From Nanobdellota archaeon (GTDB taxonomy: Archaea > Nanobdellota > Nanobdellia > Parvarchaeales > Parvarchaeaceae): a stretch of DNA of 56,265 bases. The translations under genes and the position numbers were made by a program. The stretch's first letter is position 1. Each line of letters begins with the position of its first letter. Positions 8,758 through 19,347 of this stretch are shown in pieces. Under the pieces are notes generated by a model. It was not told where the DNA came from, made no database searches, and was given only the letters and a program-made list of their open reading frames with translations. Location of the stretch: the NCBI GenBank assembly GCA_021791655.1, contig JAJYWD010000004.1, positions 1 to 56,265 of the forward strand, written 5' to 3'.

Positions 8758-8973
8758 TCAGGCGGAGTTTTCTATTATAAATGCTTCTATCTTCTTTCTC
8801 TTGGCAAGCTGAGTTATAAAACCTGCGATTTTGTTCCTCATCCTTTTATCTGTCTTTATAAGAGAATCTAACTCCTTCTTATTGTTTTCATAATCGGCGC
8901 TGAACTTATCCTTGTACTCTTTAAGCACATCTATCGTGACCTTCCTTACGGTCTTTCCTCTTACCCTTCCCAT
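8758..8973 (-). CDS. rps17e: 30S ribosomal protein S17e
   Basis: MGRVR...F..DYENNK...KRMRNKIAGFIT. Confidence 0.96.
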   Translation of the reverse strand: MGRVRGKTVRKVTIDVLKEYKDKFSADYENNKKELDSLIKTDKRMRNKIAGFITQLAKRKKIEAFIIENSA

Positions 8974-9038
8974 CCACTATTAGACTTTAATGTAACTATT
9001 TAAAGTTTTTTATTTGTCAAGAGGTTCAGAAATATGAT

Positions 9039-9110
9039 GCCTCGGTGGCTCAGTGGTAAAGCGTTTCCTTGGTAAGGAAAAGAGCGCGAGTCCGATCCTC
9101 GCCCGAGGCT
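9039..9110 (+). tRNA. tRNA-Thr (GGT)
   Basis: GCCTCGG/CCGAGGC, TTTCC-TT-GGT-AA-GGAAA, discriminator T; atypical T loop TCCGATC. Confidence 0.92.
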
Positions 9111-9255
9111 TTTAAATCCAGTAGAGACAAAAGTGCCAAATCATTGACTTATCACCAAATGTTTATTGCTGTACTCGGCAGGTATTTATACTAAACAAAT
9201 AAATTTATCCCGTTACCGCTGAATATTTAAGTGCCAACGTTAAAAAAGTTATAAT

Positions 9256-10176
9256 ATGTCCAGCATTTTTACAATATTTGGTATAACATTTTCCGGCTTT
9301 TTATCTGGTCTTGTATTATCATTCGTGCTAGGGCTGCTTCATGGCGTGACACCAGACGAGCACACCTGGCCGATAACGTTTTCGTATGCGGTTGGCAGTT
9401 ACAGTACTCGGGCTGGTGCAGAAGCCGGACTAGTTTTTTCGCTTGGGTTTACGATCGAAAGGGCCGTCCTCTCCGAAATTTTCTATATCATCTTATCAGC
9501 TTCTTTGGGGGGGGTCGCCTCGTTTTTGCAATCTGCACTATTCTTCGGCATCGTCTACGTTTTTGTCGGATTCGCCATGGCGTTTGCAGGCTATTACATA
9601 AAATATGGTAATTGGTATCCACATATAGAACTGGATCGCTTGGTGAATCTACTAAATAAGGGGTCTAAACACGAATCTACAGATTTTTACAAAAAGAAAG
9701 TGCCGATAAAAATGGCGATAGTGCACGGATTAATCGCAGGTTTCGGCATGGGTGCCTTTGCCTTTATACTATTCTTTACAGTTGTGCCATCGATGCCAAA
9801 CGTGTATGTGGGTTTCCTGCCAGGTGCTTTGTTTGGAGTGGGCACTATGATCGCCCAGATAGGATTTGGTGCGGTTTTCGGAAAATGGATAACCAGCGTA
9901 AAAAGAATAAACAAGCGTGGATTGGAATTCGTAGCCAGGTACATATCTTCGTCTATTCTTTTATATGGCGGAATAATTTTTGTGATAGCTGGCCTTGCCG
10001 TGGTGATGTTTCCTCCGCTTTTGTCCTTTGGTATAGCTACCGGGGTGCGTGTACCAAATTTAGACTATATCGATATCGGGTTCATTTTGGTGGTAATCGT
10101 CGTAGTGGCGCTGGGTGTTATATCCTATTTAAAGGCAATAAGTATAGCATCTAAAAAATTTAGGGTCCCTGACTGA
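9256..10176 (+). CDS. Multi-TM membrane protein, Ni/Co transporter- or DsbD_2-like
   Basis: LGLLHGVTPDEH and VHGLIAGFG His motifs, about 8 hydrophobic segments. Confidence 0.6.
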   Translation: MSSIFTIFGITFSGFLSGLVLSFVLGLLHGVTPDEHTWPITFSYAVGSYSTRAGAEAGLVFSLGFTIERAVLSEIFYIILSASLGGVASFLQSALFFGIVYVFVGFAMAFAGYYIKYGNWYPHIELDRLVNLLNKGSKHESTDFYKKKVPIKMAIVHGLIAGFGMGAFAFILFFTVVPSMPNVYVGFLPGALFGVGTMIAQIGFGAVFGKWITSVKRINKRGLEFVARYISSSILLYGGIIFVIAGLAVVMFPPLLSFGIATGVRVPNLDYIDIGFILVVIVVVALGVISYLKAISIASKKFRVPD

Positions 10177-10189
10177 AAACCGGTGCGTA

Positions 10190-11947
10190 TCACAATCTTA
10201 TTTTTTCTATTCTGCATTTTCCTGGTGGAAGCAATTTGTCTATTTCAGTGGCATCTATCTGTATAAAATAGCGTTCCGCGATCTTCTTAGTTATATCCTT
10301 TATTACAGTGTTTCTGTCCCGTCTACCCGGTCTTATCAGTATGTATTTTTCGCCCGCCCTATATGGGGTGGAGTATGCGTCATATCCGTTATCAGAAAAA
10401 CTGAAGTTTATGAAAATCGCCAAAGGCGCGTTTTTCACGTAGTCCCTATTCCCTTCTATGAAGAATGCACCCTTCTTCAAGGACTCTCCAGATGGGGGCG
10501 TGCTGGTAACCTGTTTGGGTAGGACGAAGTACACATCTGTATTGGATTCACCTGCCTTCCACGCCGAAGAATAAGACGCTGCAAAGGTTGCCACTTCATT
10601 CTTCATTTCATCATCGAGCGTTTCCGTCCCTTTTACGAGACAAAAAGGACTTCCAAATACGTCTGCGTGCGCTATCAAATCGCCGTTCTCAGCGTGCTTT
10701 TTTATAAGAGCCTCGTTTTGATAGGTATCCCGCCCCGCTACGACAAGCCTCCCGCTCGTTGTGAAGAACCATCTATACTTGGAATACCATGCGTCGGTCT
10801 GCTTCTTCTCCAATCTTCTCAGCGTTTTATGAGCCGCGCCGGACTTGGACTTTATCTCCCTTTTTACCCTTTTGATTTTGGTGTAATATTCGGCTATGTT
10901 CTGGTTCAGGTCCTTGGTGATATCGAGTTCAATGTCATTTCCCGTCGCGAATACAAGTTTCTTACCTTGTAGAGTCCAGCCTAGTTGCTTTAGAGTGACT
11001 AATCTTTCATCCAGCGGCAGGTTTGAATCCTTGCTTATTCTGATGACGTTTTCGATATCTAGATATTTGTCGTTCAAGAATTTTGAGACGATTTCGTATC
11101 TCTTAACAAGTTCCCCCAGAAGCGCAACTTTCTTGTCGCTCTTAGTCTCAATTTTCTGGGTTTCCTGCGAGTATAAAGAATTCAGGGCTGTTGCTATGCT
11201 GTCGAAATACTTTTTATCACCGCCGATGTGTGTCATTTCACAGGAGAAGAAACCGTATTGATTTATTACGTTTGGCCTTTTCTCTCTTATGATCTCAGTA
11301 AGTCTTTTATAAAGCTCATCTGACATTTCTGCGTTTAATTCGCTCATCTTTGCTGTCTTTTCTACTTTCGCCCTGAAGCACACTTCCTCCGCGTAGTTTC
11401 CCCCGAGAAGCAGATCTACTGCGAGCGCCTTGACCACATTTTCTCTTTTTGAATTGAGTAGGAGGTTCTTGAATGATGATGGCGAGAGCGCGAAAATGTC
11501 TGGTCCTGGCGCTGGATAAGAATACTTTTCCCCAGAGGCGACTCTCCTGGAGCCGTATTTCCTGGTGAAAAGCGACATAAGTATGTTGCTGTCCTCTGTA
11601 AGCACGATGTTGCCGTTCGAGAAAAGCTCGGCTATGAGCTTTGTTCCATCGAAGGAAAATTCGACAATCCTATCGGAGCCGTGCATTTGTATCTGTATCC
11701 TTCTGCCTGATAGCTGCTTTTTGACAAATAGCGTGAACGGAAAATCAACAGTGTCCTCTGGTTTCTCATTATGAAGCAGAATAGCTTCTCCTGGGATTAT
11801 TTCTAGCCAGTACTCTTTATGCGCGAATATTAGTAGGTAAAATTCGTTCTTTCTGCTCTTTATATTCCTAACTACGCCGCCATCGAGGAAAGAGAGCTCG
11901 TCGACAAATTTCCTCAAGTCGAGGAAATTTAGCGGTGTCCTCCGCAT
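10190..11947 (-). CDS. rqcH: NFACT/RqcH ribosome rescue factor
   Basis: SDRIV, ELFSNGNIVL, WYSKYRWF, AGRD..QNE.L.KKH, HADVFGSP, PPSGE.L.KGAF.I.G. Confidence 0.92.
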   Translation of the reverse strand: MRRTPLNFLDLRKFVDELSFLDGGVVRNIKSRKNEFYLLIFAHKEYWLEIIPGEAILLHNEKPEDTVDFPFTLFVKKQLSGRRIQIQMHGSDRIVEFSFDGTKLIAELFSNGNIVLTEDSNILMSLFTRKYGSRRVASGEKYSYPAPGPDIFALSPSSFKNLLLNSKRENVVKALAVDLLLGGNYAEEVCFRAKVEKTAKMSELNAEMSDELYKRLTEIIREKRPNVINQYGFFSCEMTHIGGDKKYFDSIATALNSLYSQETQKIETKSDKKVALLGELVKRYEIVSKFLNDKYLDIENVIRISKDSNLPLDERLVTLKQLGWTLQGKKLVFATGNDIELDITKDLNQNIAEYYTKIKRVKREIKSKSGAAHKTLRRLEKKQTDAWYSKYRWFFTTSGRLVVAGRDTYQNEALIKKHAENGDLIAHADVFGSPFCLVKGTETLDDEMKNEVATFAASYSSAWKAGESNTDVYFVLPKQVTSTPPSGESLKKGAFFIEGNRDYVKNAPLAIFINFSFSDNGYDAYSTPYRAGEKYILIRPGRRDRNTVIKDITKKIAERYFIQIDATEIDKLLPPGKCRIEKIRL

Positions 11948-11951
11948 AAAC

Positions 11952-12419
11952 TCACGCGAAGTGTGACTGCAGTGTGGTCTTTAGGTTTTGTATATCGTTT
12001 TCAAACGCGGTCTTCCTTTGGGTCAGTACGTCCTGGTTCATCTTGTCGTATATCGGCCTTATCAGTTTCGGCAATCCTGACGTCCATTTGTCCATATAAT
12101 CAAGAATTATGTCCGACACGATAGTAACGGAAACCGTACCAGTCTTAACTTTGACTTGCTTTCCATTCTGCACGGCTGCGGACTCGGTAAGTCCGCGGTA
12201 GTTTATCCTTATAGCCATCTTGTACGCCATATAATCGTCTATTAGTCTCTTTGCGTTCCAGTCTATCGTGTAATTCCCGCCCGCGAACTGCACAAAGGAT
12301 GTTTCCACAGCCTTGTAGCCCAATCCCTTAAGGGCGTCCCTGAAGAAATTATAGAACTTTTGATCATCGAGTACTCCCTCGTACTGGACGGTCGTAGTAC
12401 CCATAGGTATAGTTTCCAT
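11952..12419 (-). CDS. Hypothetical protein
   Basis: 155-aa ORF with GGAGCAGGTG SD-like site, co-oriented with neighbours. Confidence 0.75.
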   Translation of the reverse strand: METIPMGTTTVQYEGVLDDQKFYNFFRDALKGLGYKAVETSFVQFAGGNYTIDWNAKRLIDDYMAYKMAIRINYRGLTESAAVQNGKQVKVKTGTVSVTIVSDIILDYMDKWTSGLPKLIRPIYDKMNQDVLTQRKTAFENDIQNLKTTLQSHFA

Positions 12420-12514
12420 GCTATTTACACCTGCTCCTATTAATTATTGATTAGTTTGGTTTATAACCGTTAATCATGCCCATCCGGCGGTGAACAATCA
12501 CGTGGTATTATAAG

Positions 12515-13549
12515 CTACCATAGATATGCAAGCGCGAAGGCAGAAAAGAGTACTTCCACACCGGTTAGTAGCAGAGCTATCTGCCACTCGTTTAGTCGGC
12601 CAGTTTTCATGAAAATGTGGGTCCAGGAATATATCTTTTCGTGGGGAGAGCGCAGAGTACCGTCTTTCTGTATAAGACCCCACGAATTTGCATGGAAGCG
12701 CTTTCTGGCCTTAAGCAAGAATTCTATTAGCCAGGGTATTACTATTATGGCGCCGAGCACCTGCGCGCCGCTGGTCAGTACGGCAGCGGCAAATCCGCCA
12801 CCAATCAAGTAGGTAAGGCTGTCACCCGGCAGTATCTTCGCTGGGTACTTGCCATAGTAAAGGTAAGCCGCCAGCGCCGCCACGAAGATTGTCGATGTCG
12901 CAAAACTCGTATATTCCTGTATGTGATAAGTAAATACGGATAACGCCCCAAAAGCCACCAACCCCATCTGTGCAGATATGCCGTTAAGCCCCTCAAGCAT
13001 ATTGAAGGCGTTCGCCGAAAATACAATAGCCAGTGGTACTAATACAAATGCATACAGAAACTGGTTGAGGTAGATATATCCTATGTGTGGCAATAGCAGG
13101 ACCTGCGGACCGAAATTTATGGTCAAGAGTGGAAGTGCGGCTATCAGTGTCAATAGCGGTTTTTGCCACTGTTTTATGCCACCGTTAAAAAGCTTATAGT
13201 TACTCACTATCTTCCTGATATCCGCTCTCGAAGTTCTCACCGCGCTTCCGGACACATCGTCTACAAAACCTATAAAGGCTATCGAAAGGGCTGTTAACAG
13301 TGTTATAACAAGTATTTCTGCGTTTATGCCCACACCAATGTAGTTCTGTGCCAGCGTCAGAGCCAGCAGGCCCACGAAGATGCCGATCATCATGACTATC
13401 CCTCCGCTGGTAGGCAATATGGGCCTGTTTTTCTTGTTTATGTCCTGCGACACCAAACCCAGGCTTATGAGCAGGGGTTTTACAAGAAAGCCGCTCAGGA
13501 AAGTCGCTATGAACGTCGCTATCGCAGCTATCAAAAGTTCGACAAGCAT
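12515..13549 (-). CDS. UDP-GlcNAc:dolichol-phosphate GlcNAc-1-P transferase (AglH/MraY family)
   Basis: DINK..RP.LP..GG, GFVDD, ANAFNMLEGLNG, YPAKILPGDS. Confidence 0.9.
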   Translation of the reverse strand: MLVELLIAAIATFIATFLSGFLVKPLLISLGLVSQDINKKNRPILPTSGGIVMMIGIFVGLLALTLAQNYIGVGINAEILVITLLTALSIAFIGFVDDVSGSAVRTSRADIRKIVSNYKLFNGGIKQWQKPLLTLIAALPLLTINFGPQVLLLPHIGYIYLNQFLYAFVLVPLAIVFSANAFNMLEGLNGISAQMGLVAFGALSVFTYHIQEYTSFATSTIFVAALAAYLYYGKYPAKILPGDSLTYLIGGGFAAAVLTSGAQVLGAIIVIPWLIEFLLKARKRFHANSWGLIQKDGTLRSPHEKIYSWTHIFMKTGRLNEWQIALLLTGVEVLFSAFALAYLW

Positions 13550-13610
13550 AACTTTATTTGCCTGTAGTCTATTAAAGACTTTAATCCTTCCAAAATTAAA
13601 CTATGTACAT

Positions 13611-13683
13611 AGCCCTGTTGTGTAGCGGTCAAGCACGCGGGCCTTTGGAGCCTGAAACCCCGGTTCGAATCCGGGCAGGGCTA
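13611..13683 (+). tRNA. tRNA-Gln (TTG)
   Basis: A1-T72 acceptor AGCCCTG/CAGGGCT, CGGGC-CT-TTG-GA-GCCTG, CCCGG-TTCGAAT-CCGGG. Confidence 0.96.
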
Positions 13684-14471
13684 AATTTGGTAAGGGATAA
13701 TGCCATCTTTGGGAAATGGCACTAATTATTGGTAATTTATCACGCAAAAGTATAAAAACTTAGGTGATGTAAAAATACTGCGTATTGGACAATTGAGGTC
13801 TGTTATTACAACACGCATTTTTATTATTATTTGCCATAGTATTTACCAGGTTATTTTTCATAAGTTAGCAGCACTACTTCCGATTATACAACATTAGCGA
13901 GCTTAAGAACCGGCACCGTTGCATTTACAACTCTATTCTTATTTGTTGTATAGTGTATGAATATTTTGCCCACTTTATTACAAGGATAGCCTTCTTTATA
14001 GCGTACCTTTTCATTTAAAATAAGCTGTAATGTATCAAGGAGATAGTACTTTAATTATGGTTAATATTTACAAAAAATTCTCGGTCACCTTAATTCTAGG
14101 GGCATTGTGGGCATAACTTTTATGGCGATATACTGCTTTGTTACTATCGCATATGTAAATTATGTGGGCAAATAGTAAATAAATGGGAGATATAGAGAAA
14201 CTAAACTGTCCATTTTTCAATGGGTTTCCGACTAGGAGTCTCTTATACTTAGTAGTAAATCTTACTATCATAAATCTGCTAGTATTACATTGGCTCAAAG
14301 GCTTATATTAAGCGCCGTTCTTCCTGTAATTATAATTTAAATATAAGTGTTGGCAGCAGTTATAGCGTTCTGGGCATCGATTTACAAATTTTAAAAATTA
14401 TAGTCTGAACATTTTTAGAACCGGGGCTATGCACCGATATACTTATATATTGATAGCGGTATAATATTTAA

Positions 14472-15629
14472 GTGTCTACATCAAAAAGATCAATATTAAT
14501 CGTAGTGGTTGTTGTAGTAATCGTTATAATAATTTTCTTCTTAATGCAGATAATAAACCCTTCATTTTTAAATTATTTTATATCTCTTCCAAGTAGTACG
14601 ACGCCACCAAGGATTACGACTACCGTAGCGCCTTCCATAATCGCCAACATCTCCGTAGGGAAATCTCCAAACTACGCGACTTACGACCCGAGCAATAATT
14701 ATGTATATGTTATGAATGCACTGTCCGGCACAGTCTCAGTGTTAAGCGGTACCTCCGTAATCGCCAACGTCACGATAGGCGGTCAACCAAGCTTTGCAAT
14801 CTATAACCCCAGCAATAATTATGTATATGTCACAAATGGACGGTATATGGTCTCTGTACTAAGCGGCACTTCCATAATCGCCAACATTTCCGTAGGGCAC
14901 ATCCCAAACTCTGCTACTTATGATCCTATCAATAAATACATATATGTCCCGAATTTGTTGTCCAATACGGTCTCAGTAATAAACGGCACTTCTGTGATTG
15001 CCACCATCCCAGTAGGGAACGCGCCGTACGGTCCGGTCTATGACACTGTAAACGGATATATTTATCTAATAAATCAAAAGGATGACACGGTCTCAGTAAT
15101 AAACGGCACTTCTGTGATTGCCACCATCCCAGTAGGAGCTAGTCCAAGTTCCGCTGCTTATGACCCAAACAATGGGTATGTGTATGTCACAAACGCTGGC
15201 TCTAGCGCGGCTTTTGGTACCGTCTATATATTAAATGGTACTTCTGTAATTGCCAATGTCACGGCGCCAGACGGCAGCCTACCCTCCCTTGTAATCTATA
15301 ACTCTCACAATCACTATGTATACGTCGCGAATTTTAACTATGAAACTGTCCCCACCATCATCTCAGTGTTCAAAGGTACATCTGTAATCGCCAACGTCAC
15401 AGTAGGGACGGGGTTGGTTTCCATAACTTACGATGCTAGTAACGGTTACATATATATCCCGAATAGCCTGTCCAACACGATATCAGTGTTAAGCGGCACC
15501 TCTTTAATTGACAACATTAACTTAGCGGATTCAATGTATTCACTTTATAACCCTAGCAACGGTTATTTATATGTAACTACATACTCCTACTCCTCAGAGG
15601 TAGGCACAGTCGCTGTGCTAAGGGTATAG
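14472..15629 (+). CDS. Membrane-anchored YVTN/YncE-type beta-propeller surface protein
   Basis: N-terminal TM; about 8 repeats of ~40 aa (YDP.N.YVYVTN..S.TVSV..GTSVIA.I.VG). Confidence 0.88.
   Translation: MSTSKRSILIVVVVVVIVIIIFFLMQIINPSFLNYFISLPSSTTPPRITTTVAPSIIANISVGKSPNYATYDPSNNYVYVMNALSGTVSVLSGTSVIANVTIGGQPSFAIYNPSNNYVYVTNGRYMVSVLSGTSIIANISVGHIPNSATYDPINKYIYVPNLLSNTVSVINGTSVIATIPVGNAPYGPVYDTVNGYIYLINQKDDTVSVINGTSVIATIPVGASPSSAAYDPNNGYVYVTNAGSSAAFGTVYILNGTSVIANVTAPDGSLPSLVIYNSHNHYVYVANFNYETVPTIISVFKGTSVIANVTVGTGLVSITYDASNGYIYIPNSLSNTISVLSGTSLIDNINLADSMYSLYNPSNGYLYVTTYSYSSEVGTVAVLRV
14967..15136 (+). repeat. Identical 50-nt direct repeat (14967..15016, 15087..15136)
   Basis: acggtctcagtaataaacggcacttctgtgattgccaccatcccagtagg twice, 120 nt apart. 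Confidence 0.92.
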
Positions 15630-15868
15630 ATAAGACTGTCTAGCTGCAGGATCTCACTGATTCCAAATATCTTAAGATTTAAAATTAGTCCAATATCTCG
15701 GATATCGCATTATCCCGCTAAATTAGATAAGTGTTATACAGGTACTTGAAGAGAAGCGGCTTAAGAAATCAGATTTTATAGTCACTGAGAACAAGGTAAA
15801 CAACCGTACTATCCACTCGCTGAATATAACGAATTTTAAAATTTAAATTTCCGCCAATTTTAATTGAC

Positions 15869-16388
15869 TCAATCAGCTGTCGATTTTATTATTTGGGTTT
15901 TTGCATTCTCTGCGCTAGTAAAAAGCAGCGCTTTTATTACTAATTTTTTAGCTGTTTCTATATTATTTTTCTGGTCATCTACAAAAAGACATTCATTTGC
16001 TGATAAAAGATTTTCCCCAAGTAATTTTTCGAAGGCTAGCCCGTCAGGTTTCACGAAACCACTCTGCTAGAAATAATATACTTTTTTGGATAGTTTCTAA
16101 AAAATTCGAAGTCCGTTTTATAATAATCTGCGCGCTCAGCGAGATTATTCGAAAGGATAAAAAATTTTATATAATCTAGTTTAAGTTTTACAGCGAATTC
16201 TATCATTTCCTGTGCCGGTTTCTCCGACTGAACTAGAAATCGAAGAGATCTCCCTTACTAAGATTTAATTTCCAATCCTTTAGATGGGGTATCCAGTAAC
16301 TAAAGGCGTCGCCGGCGTCCGGTTTTCTAACTATAATCATTATTTGTTTTAGCGCCGCCATGAATTTATCTTGCTGTATCCCAAATCA
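15869..16388 (-). pseudogene. Decayed HAD-superfamily hydrolase
   Basis: Reconstructs as ...LFDF*FS/fs/EKPAQEMIEF...FILSNN...VYYF*QSGFVKPD...LFVDDQKNNIETA; two stops, one frameshift, N-terminal DxD motif not found. Confidence 0.75.
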
Positions 16389-16494
16389 GATATATATTCA
16401 CACACATTCACACACTTATCATAGTATCCGATATCAAAGGACCGTACGACCGTATCCGGTCAACTTATAAAAACACAGCCGTCTTCGGTATTGT

Positions 16495-18204
16495 ATGAAT
16501 CGTATATATTACGGACAGACAGACAGAAAAATTCTACTAATCAATTCTAAACACTCACAATCCGCCCTCGAGTACATGATGACCTACGGCTGGGCCATCC
16601 TTATCATAGTGATAGTCGCTGCATTGCTTTATTCGCTCGGCATTTTCAATCCGGCCTCTTCCGTAACGGCCGTAGTTGTTACCGGTTTAAGCGGGTTAGG
16701 TGCCCCGCAGGCGGTCTGTCTTCCCAACGGCGTTATGTTGTTACAGTTAGGAAACAGTGTGGGCAGGGTTATAGAGATAACTAGGATAAACGCCATTACA
16801 CAACAAGAGATAACGCAGACTACAACACCGGAAGAAGCGGTACAACCGTCATATTCGCGCGTTTTCTTTATACCTTCCATTTGCCCTCTGCATACAGGAG
16901 AACGTTTTTCTCTGAATGTGGTAGTTACCTACACGGAACCTGGGCAAGTGTTTCCTGGGCCGTACACGTCTTCTGGGACTGTATATGGTGCGGTGGCAGC
17001 TTCAAATCAGAGCACTGTGACCTTCGTTGAAAGTGGCTTACCATATCTGTATCCATGGGCAGTGATTTATAACGGAATAAAATATTTATCCACTAGCCAG
17101 AATATAACAGCCCCTCTTTCGTCATCAGGCAACTCTTCCCTGTTGTTTTCTGTCAGCCCTATTCTGAATAGTAGCGGCATATACAATATAAATCTAACAC
17201 CTTCTCCCGCTTCTGGAAGAGTTGACAGTTACGTTGTTGATGTAACTTTTTCTGGTACTGCGCAGCAGAATACAATTTATGTACCAGGTGAGTTTTCTGG
17301 TGCGGTGTACGCCATAAATACTACTTCATATGCCGTTACTTACATAAAGTTTGGCGGGCATTACAGTGTCATAAATGGGACTCGATACTATCCTAGCTTT
17401 CCGCACGGCGCTGGCATAAGCCCAAATGGAGCGCTAGTTTATGTCGGGAATCGCACAGATTCGGATCTTTTAGTAATAAATACCGCAACAAATTCAAACG
17501 TGTCGTTTTCGACAGTGCCGGGTATAAGTTCTCCCCTGTACACATATGTGCCACCAAGTGGAAACACTGTTTACGAGGCAGGTGGAAGTTATATGGAGGA
17601 AGTTTCACTATCTACAAACACCTTGACTAATACCATATCAGGTTTCTGCAGTGCACACGACTTTAGTGTAATGTCTAACGGTAACGGATATGTGGCTTAT
17701 GTACCGAACGTGGGATGCAGTTCTGTTTCCGTTGTCAATCTGACATCAAATACTATAGTAACGACTGTGACCGGATTCCGGTGCCCGCAGAGCATTGCCA
17801 TTACGCCGAATGGGAAATATGCGTATGTCGTAAACCGAGGCTGCGTCGCTGGCAGTGGTATACTATCTAACGTGTCAGTGTTGTCAACATCTACGAACAA
17901 AATAATAGATGTTATACCTGTAGAGTATGGCCCGACGTTCATCGTGATTCCGTCTAATGGTCCTGCTGGCGGAAAGTACGGCTATGTTACTAACTATGGC
18001 AATAATACCGTTTCTGTGATACAACTCTCGAGCAATAGCGTAATATCTAATATCCCCGTGTGCGGAGCTCCGCATAGAGAGCAGTTTTCCGAGGATGGAA
18101 AGACGCTGTATGTCACGTGCCGTAGCGGATACGTTGACGTTATAAATACAGCCACCAACAGCGTTATAGAAACTATAGCTCTGCCTTATTACTACGGCGG
18201 ATAA
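16495..18204 (+). CDS. Class III signal-peptide pilin-like protein with C-terminal YVTN beta-propeller
   Basis: HS|QSALEYMMTYGWAILII, hinge YTEPGQVFPGPY, VTFVESGLP linker, ITPNGKYAYVVN and YVTN repeats. Confidence 0.88.
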   Translation: MNRIYYGQTDRKILLINSKHSQSALEYMMTYGWAILIIVIVAALLYSLGIFNPASSVTAVVVTGLSGLGAPQAVCLPNGVMLLQLGNSVGRVIEITRINAITQQEITQTTTPEEAVQPSYSRVFFIPSICPLHTGERFSLNVVVTYTEPGQVFPGPYTSSGTVYGAVAASNQSTVTFVESGLPYLYPWAVIYNGIKYLSTSQNITAPLSSSGNSSLLFSVSPILNSSGIYNINLTPSPASGRVDSYVVDVTFSGTAQQNTIYVPGEFSGAVYAINTTSYAVTYIKFGGHYSVINGTRYYPSFPHGAGISPNGALVYVGNRTDSDLLVINTATNSNVSFSTVPGISSPLYTYVPPSGNTVYEAGGSYMEEVSLSTNTLTNTISGFCSAHDFSVMSNGNGYVAYVPNVGCSSVSVVNLTSNTIVTTVTGFRCPQSIAITPNGKYAYVVNRGCVAGSGILSNVSVLSTSTNKIIDVIPVEYGPTFIVIPSNGPAGGKYGYVTNYGNNTVSVIQLSSNSVISNIPVCGAPHREQFSEDGKTLYVTCRSGYVDVINTATNSVIETIALPYYYGG

Positions 18205-19224
18205 TCAGCTATATTTTAAGGAACTCGCAGCTCTTGCTCCATTGTCGCCCTGCACAACGAAACTATATACGTCAGGAGAAAGGGGCGTTAAGACTATCTT
18301 TCCTCCTCTAAATGCAAACTCTCCATTGAACTTTAAAGTTATATTCCTTTCTGCAGATAGCACATAACCAGAGATAAGGTTGCTGCTGGAATTTACCATA
18401 TACATGGTCCCATTTTCTGATACTACGAAACTTATCACCCCTAAGTTATTTGGGCCGAGTCTAGACCCGCCACCACCGCCGGACCCATTTCCTGGCCCTT
18501 GGCCCAAATTATTTCCCGCTGAGAACGGTGCACCGGACAGAAACACATATTTTAGTGTTGCTGGATAACTAGATACGTCTCTGACCGTTATCGAAATGCT
18601 TTGTTGACCATTTGCGACACCAAATGAACCATTTACTATGTAAAGTTTAGGCGTTAGCGATTCAAGTGCTAACGACTGCTCATTAGAAAGTCTTTGTATT
18701 TTTGATGTTGTATTAAGCGCATAGTTTGTCAATGCCGCGACTGCTGATGGTTCAAAGTAAAAATCTGTAGAGTTCTGGGTAAATATAGGTATTAGCGATG
18801 GCGATAAGCTTATTAGAATTGCGTTTCCAGCCCCACCGGAAACATTGACGGAGATATCTTTTTCGAATAATGTTGTAACATTCATACCTAATATATTGGT
18901 TTCTACCCCAGATACCCAGATAATAACTTCGCGGACATCAGCCGCTGACGAAACTGGAAATTCTGTTAATACCTCTGTTTTGTTTATTAGCGTTGCCATG
19001 TCGATTTTTCCGCCATAACTAGAATTAAACCAGTGCGGATGTGCGCCGTTCATGCTAATACTAACGCCGCTGTAATACAAAGTCAAATTCTGCAGGTTAG
19101 TGGGTAGGTTAGACGGATCCGTTATTACAACCGCCACATTTGTATGCGTATTTAATATAAAAATATAAACGAGGATTACAATTGCAATCGCGGCTACCCC
19201 GATGTATATATACTTTATGTTCAT
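18205..19224 (-). CDS. Membrane-anchored secreted protein (DUF4382-like)
   Basis: N-terminal TM followed by V.ITDP; Asn/Ser-rich with Gly linker. Confidence 0.65.
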   Translation of the reverse strand: MNIKYIYIGVAAIAIVILVYIFILNTHTNVAVVITDPSNLPTNLQNLTLYYSGVSISMNGAHPHWFNSSYGGKIDMATLINKTEVLTEFPVSSAADVREVIIWVSGVETNILGMNVTTLFEKDISVNVSGGAGNAILISLSPSLIPIFTQNSTDFYFEPSAVAALTNYALNTTSKIQRLSNEQSLALESLTPKLYIVNGSFGVANGQQSISITVRDVSSYPATLKYVFLSGAPFSAGNNLGQGPGNGSGGGGGSRLGPNNLGVISFVVSENGTMYMVNSSSNLISGYVLSAERNITLKFNGEFAFRGGKIVLTPLSPDVYSFVVQGDNGARAASSLKYS

Positions 19225-19347
19225 AATCTTACAAAAAACAATATACGTTTAAAAGCGTTGTTTCTCTGCATACCAACATTTTATGATAAACCGGATTTAG
19301 TCTCCACACGCGAAAGGCTTAAAAACTATGAGCTTCGTGATTAGTGA

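Noticed and set aside
9507-9514. G8 tract as phase-variation switch
   Set aside because: In frame (Leu-Gly-Gly-Val), short and isolated
14640-15600. CRISPR-like periodic repeats
   Set aside because: Period of about 120 nt is coding beta-propeller repeats; no CRISPR array or cas gene seen in the window
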